Assembly: GCF_001481685.1 (NCBI RefSeq)
Contig: NZ_CP006867.1
Span: 390,001 to 422,000, forward strand
DNA: 32,000 nt
Source of the DNA: Ignicoccus islandicus DSM 13165
GTDB lineage: Archaea > Thermoproteota > Thermoprotei_A > Sulfolobales > Ignicoccaceae
Reading direction: 5' to 3'
The notes under the pieces are model-generated. The model searched no databases and had not been told where the DNA came from. It saw nothing but the letters and a program-made list of their open reading frames with translations. The position numbers were made by a program, and so were the translations under genes. Positions 26,421-32,000 of this stretch are shown here, piece by piece. Numbering within the stretch: the stretch's first letter is position 1; the number at the start of each line of letters is the position of its first letter.

Positions 26421-27191
26421 TTGCATGAGCTGGCACTATTGCTGGGCCTTAACGTTACGTTGTTGAATGGAACTAGTATATGTATGAGCTATCAGTGGAG
26501 GAACGGGAGTTTGCTAGCAACCGACTTGACGCTAAGCTTTTTGCGTTTAGTATATTCGAAAGGCGTTTGTTACGAGGGTAAGGAACTTTTATCTATTGAA
26601 AGGCCCTTGGAAATAATGGCTAACTTCACGGAGCATGAGGTAAACGGAACGAAAGCTAAGATGAAAATTGATAAATACGTAATTCAATGGTATTACCTAA
26701 TGTTAAGCACGAGTAAGTACAGCAAGTTGGGTGAGGAGCTAGTAGAATGTATAGAAAATAGATCCCCCGTTTCGGATGTATGCTTCTTAGCGTTACAAGG
26801 CCTCTATTACAAGGCGTATTCGAGGCCCTTAGTGGTCAAGTACTTGGACGGATGTATTGCTAGAAATATAGATTACTTAAACGCAACAATTCCTAAGGAC
26901 GTGGTCCTATGGACCCTTTCCCATTACCAACTAAGGAAATTCGAGTTTCGCAACGAAACAATTATTCCCTTGGCCATTGACTTCTTAAGAAGCCTTTACG
27001 CATACTTAATTTACTATTATCCCAAAGAAGCGAAACTAGTAAAGGAACTATACGTGAGTGCAATCGAAAGCACGTGTTCGTGGAATCAAGCTGTTTCAAT
27101 AACTCTGAGTCTACTTACCTACAGAGAAAAGTGGTGGCTATATTATCCGAAGCTCGTTATCGTTCTTAGCTCGCTCCCAGTGTCATCTTGA
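26421..27191 (+). CDS. hypothetical protein rich in N-glycosylation sequons, possibly extracytoplasmic
   Basis: 256-aa ORF, TTG start. Sequons NVT, NGT, NGS, NFT, NGT, NRS, NAT, NET. Convergent 26-nt overlap with sufB. Confidence 0.6.
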   Translation: MHELALLLGLNVTLLNGTSICMSYQWRNGSLLATDLTLSFLRLVYSKGVCYEGKELLSIERPLEIMANFTEHEVNGTKAKMKIDKYVIQWYYLMLSTSKYSKLGEELVECIENRSPVSDVCFLALQGLYYKAYSRPLVVKYLDGCIARNIDYLNATIPKDVVLWTLSHYQLRKFEFRNETIIPLAIDFLRSLYAYLIYYYPKEAKLVKELYVSAIESTCSWNQAVSITLSLLTYREKWWLYYPKLVIVLSSLPVSS

Positions 27192-28485
27192 CGATTTCCC
27201 TTATGGCTCTTACGTAATCCGCCGGTAGATCTTGTATTAGTGGATCGATGAAGCCTATCGTGAGCATTTGTATTGCCTCGTGTTCGTCGAAGCCCATACT
27301 TCTTAGGTAGAATACTTGTTCCTCGCCTATTCTGCCTACAGTTCCCTCGTGAGCTAAATCTGCCTCAGCGACTTCACTAACTAATTTCGGAATAGTAACG
27401 TTCTTTGCGCCATCGTTGAGCAGCAGCGTATTGCACGCTTGGTGTCCTATTACGTCTCTAGCGTCCTTCTTAACTATTATCTCACCTAAGAACTCTTCGA
27501 AGCTTTGGTCCTTCATGACGCTTCTGTTGACTACGGATGACCTAGTCTTAGGAGCCTCATGGATCACTGTAGAGCCGCTCCACGAGCTCATCCTTCTTTT
27601 GAGGAACGCTATGTTGTTATACGAGACTTTGGCTCCCTTACCTACTAGCCTTATTTTAGGTCTCATACCTATCCTAATTCCGCCCAAGGCGACTCCGAGT
27701 TCTTCTAGCTGCGCGTTTTCGTGAACTTCAGCGCCCTTCACTGGAACGTGTACCACCTCGCCTAACCAGTTCTCGAGGCTCGAAACCCTTAGCCTAGAGC
27801 CAGTTAGTGCATAGAATTCGCTTCCGCCCAAGTGAACGCTATATGGAGCCGGTATCGGTACTATACAGCCTTCAATGAAGTGAAGGTAGCTTCTCTCATC
27901 TGCTATTATTAGAGTGTGCTCAGTCTGAGCTAATTGTTCCTCTGTAATCACGAAGAACGCTTGCACCGGGAACGGAACCCTTACTCCCTTCGGTACGTAA
28001 ACGAACGTACCACCCCTCCTCAAGGCCACGTGGAGTGCAGCTAACTTGTGCGATTCCGGCGTTTGGGCTCTATGGAGGAACTTTTTGACTATGTCTGGGT
28101 GTTCCCTTACGGCTTCATCAAGGGATTTCAGTATTACGCCCTTCTTCCTCAGCTCCCTCTTTTGCGCTTCGTACACTACGTTCTCGTTAACCATTACAGT
28201 AACTCCGGCCAGCATGCTTTGCTCGATATCTGGAACGCCTATTCTGTCGAGTATAGTTTTGTACCATTCTGGAATTTGATCTTCGGATGGTTTCACGAAC
28301 TCCTCTTGGGCTGCCTTTGCAGCAAAGGCCTCTAAGTCGAAGTCCTCAGGCATCCAAGGGGGAGTTGGAACTTTATCGTAAAGCTCGGCAGCCTTTAGCC
28401 TGAGCTTATAGGCCCATTCCGGTTCCTTCAATTTCTTCGATATTTCATCGATGTAGTACTTGAGAATAGAATAAGAGGACTTCAA
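27166..28485 (-). CDS. sufB: Fe-S cluster assembly scaffold SufB
   Basis: 'FFVITEEQLAQTEHTLIIADERSYLHFIEGC', 'GKGAKVSYNNIAFLKRRMSSWSGSTVIHE', 'EAEVAHEGTVGRIGEEQVFYLRSMG'-type C-terminus ('EADLAHEGTVGRIGEEQVFYLRSMGFDEHEA'). Confidence 0.96.
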   Translation of the reverse strand: MKSSYSILKYYIDEISKKLKEPEWAYKLRLKAAELYDKVPTPPWMPEDFDLEAFAAKAAQEEFVKPSEDQIPEWYKTILDRIGVPDIEQSMLAGVTVMVNENVVYEAQKRELRKKGVILKSLDEAVREHPDIVKKFLHRAQTPESHKLAALHVALRRGGTFVYVPKGVRVPFPVQAFFVITEEQLAQTEHTLIIADERSYLHFIEGCIVPIPAPYSVHLGGSEFYALTGSRLRVSSLENWLGEVVHVPVKGAEVHENAQLEELGVALGGIRIGMRPKIRLVGKGAKVSYNNIAFLKRRMSSWSGSTVIHEAPKTRSSVVNRSVMKDQSFEEFLGEIIVKKDARDVIGHQACNTLLLNDGAKNVTIPKLVSEVAEADLAHEGTVGRIGEEQVFYLRSMGFDEHEAIQMLTIGFIDPLIQDLPADYVRAIREIVKMTLGAS

Positions 28486-29195
28486 TGCATAACCACCTCC
28501 TTAAACCCTTTCTTCTCAATTTCTTCGACAAGAGAAATATCTCCGGACTTAACGATTCTCCCATCTATCATTACGTGAACTTTATGCGGGGTAACGTACT
28601 TCAAGATGTTTCTATAATGCGTTATTACTAGAACGGAAGTACCCATTTGAAGGAGCTTGTTGATTGTATTGGCGATGACCTTTATGCTTTCTACGTCGAC
28701 TCCGGAATCAGGCTCGTCCATAACAACTACTTTCGGTTTGGCCGCGAGAATTCTAGCCGTTTCGAACCTCTTCCTTTCTCCGCCGCTAAAGCCCTTATTG
28801 ACGTAACGATAGGCGAAGCTGGGAGGTAAGTTAACCTCCTTTAGTAACTCCTCAACGTCAACTTTAGATCCGAATCGCTCGGAAATCTTATTTATAAGAT
28901 CTGCCACGTACACTCCTTCCAATTCCGGGGGTGTCTGGAACAATACCATTAAGCCTTTCCGAGCCCTCTCTTCCGGAGGTAAGTGCGTTATCTCCTCTCC
29001 ACATAAAACTATTTTCCCCTTCTCGACGACGTATTTGGGATGGCCAGCTAAGGTCATAGCCAGCGTACTCTTTCCCGCACCGTTAGGTCCCATTAGTATA
29101 TGTAGCTCTCCTTTCGGTATGTTTAAATTCACTCCTTTGAGTATTTCCTTTCCCTCTACCTTGACCCATAGGTCAATTACTTCAAGGGCGTTCAT
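28482..29195 (-). CDS. sufC: Fe-S cluster assembly ATPase SufC
   Basis: 'ILKGVNLNIPKGELHILMGPNGAGKSTLAMTLAGHPKY', 'GFSGGERKRFETARILAAKPKVVVMDEPDSGVDVESI'. Confidence 0.97.
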   Translation of the reverse strand: MNALEVIDLWVKVEGKEILKGVNLNIPKGELHILMGPNGAGKSTLAMTLAGHPKYVVEKGKIVLCGEEITHLPPEERARKGLMVLFQTPPELEGVYVADLINKISERFGSKVDVEELLKEVNLPPSFAYRYVNKGFSGGERKRFETARILAAKPKVVVMDEPDSGVDVESIKVIANTINKLLQMGTSVLVITHYRNILKYVTPHKVHVMIDGRIVKSGDISLVEEIEKKGFKEVVMH

Positions 29196-29297
29196 GTTAA
29201 ACCCAGTTTACATTTACACTAAAGTTTAAATGTTGTGAGGGGTTAGAGGAGCAACTCTTCTTCATTACGTCCGTTGAAACCGGTACTCTTCATCCCC

Positions 29298-30038
29298 CTA
29301 TAGCTTGATAATCTTCCTAATCTTTCCGTCTTGTATTACGTAGATATCCTCTATACCATATTCCTTCAATTGCTCTCTGATAGTGCTCAGAAGGTCGTTC
29401 TCAAATGCTTGGATATGAGTTGGACTAATAGTTAGTAGGACGTGCTTCCTGCCCTCTTCGTCTGCAACCGTTGCCAATGCATAATCTTCAATAGAATTGG
29501 CCTCCAATGCAACTATTAATATTCGAGAAGCATCTTTAAGCGCAGTTATCGGTTCTTGCGAACCGGGTTCAGGCAATAGATCAGTTGGGTACATCTTCGA
29601 GCTCATTTGCGTGATCTTTAGTATCGGCGGTTGTTCTATCGCTGCAAGCTCCTCAACTTCCTCGGGCGGTTGAATTGACGAAGCTTGCTCAAGCTTTCCG
29701 AGGAGGTCTCTTTCGAACTCATATACTTCAGCGACTATCCTCTCTACCTCCCCTTCTACTCTAAATTGAGAAAGAGGTTTCGTGGAACTCTTTACCTCTG
29801 CGTCGCAAACTATCGCCTCTAGCCTTTCCCAAGTGCCGTTAGCTAATCCGAAGTTCAATATTACGTGCCTACATCCTTCGTATCCAGCTAGCTCCCGTAT
29901 AGTTCCCTCGAGGTCAGTATACTTCATTTTCGGAAGTAGTTTAACTTCAACTTCCCGTTCATTAACGAACAGATAGGCTTGTACTAGTGGGTTACTGAGG
30001 TCCACCTTGAGATCCTTGGTCATTTTTAAGAGATTCAA
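29298..30038 (-). CDS. hypothetical protein
   Basis: 246-aa ORF in a co-directional run with DUF190 and sufCB; antisense ORF is short. Confidence 0.6.
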   Translation of the reverse strand: MNLLKMTKDLKVDLSNPLVQAYLFVNEREVEVKLLPKMKYTDLEGTIRELAGYEGCRHVILNFGLANGTWERLEAIVCDAEVKSSTKPLSQFRVEGEVERIVAEVYEFERDLLGKLEQASSIQPPEEVEELAAIEQPPILKITQMSSKMYPTDLLPEPGSQEPITALKDASRILIVALEANSIEDYALATVADEEGRKHVLLTISPTHIQAFENDLLSTIREQLKEYGIEDIYVIQDGKIRKIIKL

Positions 30039-30048
30039 GGAAAATATA

Positions 30049-30363
30049 TTAAATTATCTCAACGTCAAATACGATGACTAAAAGGTCCTCCTTCAGCGAT
30101 TTGACTATCTTAGCACCTTTCTCTACTTGCTCTTCAGAACCAACCATTATTACCATTATCGGGTCGTCTCCATGACCGTGAAATGGATCAATGTACGAAA
30201 GGCCTTTATGCCTCCCATAACCCATTATCCCTTTAAATACGCTCACTCCGGGCATTCCGGCTTCTTTGAATTTCTCAACAATCAACTTGAATAAGGGTTT
30301 ATCATCTACGAACATGCCTTCGTGAAGCAATACCACTAGGGTCTTTGCTTTCATCGCAACCAC
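30049..30363 (-). CDS. DUF190 family protein (PII-like)
   Basis: 'LHEGMFVDDKPLFKLIVEKFKEAGMPGVSVFKGIMGYGRHKGL', 'DDPIMVIMVGSEEQVEKGAKIVKSL'. Confidence 0.85.
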   Translation of the reverse strand: MVAMKAKTLVVLLHEGMFVDDKPLFKLIVEKFKEAGMPGVSVFKGIMGYGRHKGLSYIDPFHGHGDDPIMVIMVGSEEQVEKGAKIVKSLKEDLLVIVFDVEII

Positions 30364-30411
30364 CTTTGACTTCCTGAACTGTTCTTGTTGACAGCAAAAT
30401 GATTTATTAAT

Positions 30412-31209
30412 TTAAACGTCACCCTCAATTAAGTTAAGTGCCTCAGAGAGCGTTTCCTTGTTGGGTGCTTCGATAAGAGTTACCAAGGAGTAAGTTTTCA
30501 GGTCATCAATTCTCATTGAAATTGCTTCTTTAATTATGTCTATATCGAAGCAAAAGTCCTTCGTTAAGCATACGTGTAGTTTAGATGATGGATCTATCAG
30601 AGCCATCGCTATCTTTTGGGGATTATTTAGGGGAATGAGTTCCCTTTTCGCTAACATTCTAAGGGCAGCTCGTCCAAGAACGTTATCGAAGTGGATTAAT
30701 CCTTCGAAACCCCAAGGTGCGATTTTCAATGCGTTTGAAAAAGCAATAATGAGATACGGTAAGCCGTTTCCTTCTAGTTCTTTAAGTACATCTATAAGGG
30801 AGAACTTGCTCTTATGATTAAGGTAATGTAATGAAAGGCTTGCGCCTAGAAGGAACCAACTTAGTTCCTTCCCCCTTTTCATGTTTAGGAGGTCAGTGAG
30901 GTGCTCCGGGTCATATATAATCGCTTTCATGAGGGGGTCATATCTTATTGGAACCGTTTCCTTAGTACACTTGAGAGAGGACCAGAACTTCTCTGAGATT
31001 TCGACAAGTCTCGCGAAGCTTTCTTCGGGGTCGTCGCCCTTCCTCCATTCGAGGCCCTCGACTATTGGGATACATATATCACCTCCTTCCCCTTTAACCA
31101 ATTTGACGTCTCTGGCTCTGAAATACCACTGAAGGATCCCGAAAGCTTGTTCAACCCATTCAATCTGGTCCACGTTAGTTTCCCCGAAGTTCAATGGAAG
31201 GTACCTCAA
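30412..31209 (-). CDS. hypothetical protein
   Basis: 265-aa ORF with TTG start 22-35 bp downstream (minus direction) of the AT-rich element 31231-31244, which fits a leaderless transcript. Confidence 0.6.
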   Translation of the reverse strand: MRYLPLNFGETNVDQIEWVEQAFGILQWYFRARDVKLVKGEGGDICIPIVEGLEWRKGDDPEESFARLVEISEKFWSSLKCTKETVPIRYDPLMKAIIYDPEHLTDLLNMKRGKELSWFLLGASLSLHYLNHKSKFSLIDVLKELEGNGLPYLIIAFSNALKIAPWGFEGLIHFDNVLGRAALRMLAKRELIPLNNPQKIAMALIDPSSKLHVCLTKDFCFDIDIIKEAISMRIDDLKTYSLVTLIEAPNKETLSEALNLIEGDV

Positions 31210-31230
31210 TATAATTGAAGGCTAGTTGAG

Positions 31231-31244
31231 ATAAATTTTTAAAG
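31231..31244. promoter_or_regulatory. putative shared TATA-like element between the 30412..31209(-) ORF and tRNA-Val(+)
   Basis: ataaatttttaaag, correctly spaced (~25-35 bp) from both divergent 5' ends. Confidence 0.45.
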
Positions 31245-31269
31245 ACTTACCAAATGATGTGCTAACGGT

Positions 31270-31364
31270 GGGCCCGTCGTCTAGCCCGGAAGGACGCCGC
31301 CCTTACGAGCTATTGGGCTAGGAAAGGCGGTAGTCCGGGGTTCAAATCCCCGCGGGCCCACCAT
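31270..31364 (+). tRNA. tRNA-Val (TAC) with ~17-nt intron after position 37; CCA encoded
   Basis: GGGCCCGTCGTCTAGCCCGGAAGGACGCCGCCCTTACG|AGCTATTGGGCTAGGAA|AGGCGGTAGTCCGGGGTTCAAATCCCCGCGGGCCCACCA; acceptor GGGCCCG/CGGGCCC. Confidence 0.93.
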
Positions 31365-31612
31365 TCCTCTCCAATTCCCAGTGCTAACAAGTTCGGTCAA
31401 ACTACTTCGCCTTCGAGTATGTAAGCGTAACATATCTTAATAGCGTTCAGCATTACAGTAAGGAATTACTGTTGGATGATCTTGAATACTTCGAGCGATC
31501 ATCCGCAAGTACTTCAGTCCATTAGTAATTATCTAGCACAGTTCTTGAGGAGAATAGTGAGTGGTGTATAACGTCTTAATTATACGCTGCTGTAGCACCA
31601 TTTTAAACTTGC

Positions 31613-32000
31613 TTAGAGCCTTAGTCTCAGAAGTTCGCTCCATTTAGAGGGCATGAAGCGAGCTATTGCCGCTGCTAGAGGTGGTAGTATTCTGGTCTGA
31701 ACGTATACCTTCGTCGGACCTCTTACTTTAACTACGTACCCCTCACCGCCCAATAAGAAGTTCCTTAAGTTTCCGAACTTGACCACTTCCCATTGGGCAT
31801 TATCTGGCAAAGCAACGAAGTGCATATTGTCAATAATCATTTCATCCTCTACGTTAACTTCTATTACGTCTCCGTAACTTGAGACCCAGAAGCCTCCCTC
31901 TCCACATAACTTCAACCAAACTAGATCTCCCAAGACCAAGCCCTTGGGACCTTTCCAAGCTAAGTCTAGGTCTAGATCACCGTAGTGCGCTACATAGGAA
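31613..32000 (-). CDS. AIM24/TIGR00266 family protein, partial (5' end beyond the window)
   Basis: Track ORF ends at 31939, but the frame stays open to 32000: ...SYVAHYGDLDLDLAWKGPKGLVLGDLVWLKLCGEGGFWVSSYGDVIEVNVEDEMIIDNMHFVALPDNAQWEV...FLLGGEGYVVKVRGPTKVYVQTRIL, typical AIM24 repeats. Confidence 0.82.
   Translation of the reverse strand, partial: SYVAHYGDLDLDLAWKGPKGLVLGDLVWLKLCGEGGFWVSSYGDVIEVNVEDEMIIDNMHFVALPDNAQWEVVKFGNLRNFLLGGEGYVVKVRGPTKVYVQTRILPPLAAAIARFMPSKWSELLRLRL

Noticed and set aside
27416-29229. Plus-strand ORFs of 60-102 aa
   Set aside because: Antisense to sufB and sufC.
31939-32000. Track start of the last ORF at 31939
   Set aside because: Reading frame remains open to the window edge and continues the AIM24 homology, so 31939 is an internal TTG codon rather than the gene start.

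Overview
This 32-kb window is chromosomal DNA from a crenarchaeon. The basis is an archaeal-type 23S rRNA, ribosomal protein L44e, intron-containing tRNAs, and minimal SufBC; I would guess Desulfurococcales/Ignicoccus-like, but that is inference. It holds: the 5' ~1.34 kb of a 23S rRNA gene (minus strand, no 16S in front of it); a BtpA-family protein; a DHH phosphoesterase; rpl44e; a [NiFe]-hydrogenase large-subunit fragment plus 2x[4Fe-4S] ferredoxin; a LeuRS-like protein that has lost the HIGH and KMSKS motifs; a surface-glycan type locus (paired paralogous membrane proteins, NodU/CmcH-type carbamoyltransferase, and further on two GT2 glycosyltransferases and two paralogous small membrane proteins); a GAPOR-like tungsten oxidoreductase; a Roadblock protein; LysY/ArgC; TetR+HSP20; MtnA; AmrS-like radical SAM; UspA; a ParA/MinD-like ATPase and a PIN-VirB11/PilT-KH ATPase; SufBC; DUF190; an AIM24-family protein running off the window; and tRNA-Asn, tRNA-Arg(TCT, intron) and tRNA-Val(TAC, intron). 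I found no CRISPR array, transposase or clear defence system. The most interesting items are the catalytically dead LeuRS paralogue, the half hydrogenase subunit next to a ferredoxin, a 65-bp perfect repeat shared by two otherwise divergent glycosyltransferases, the stand-alone 23S gene with a highly structured leader, and several hairpin-rich intergenic regions.
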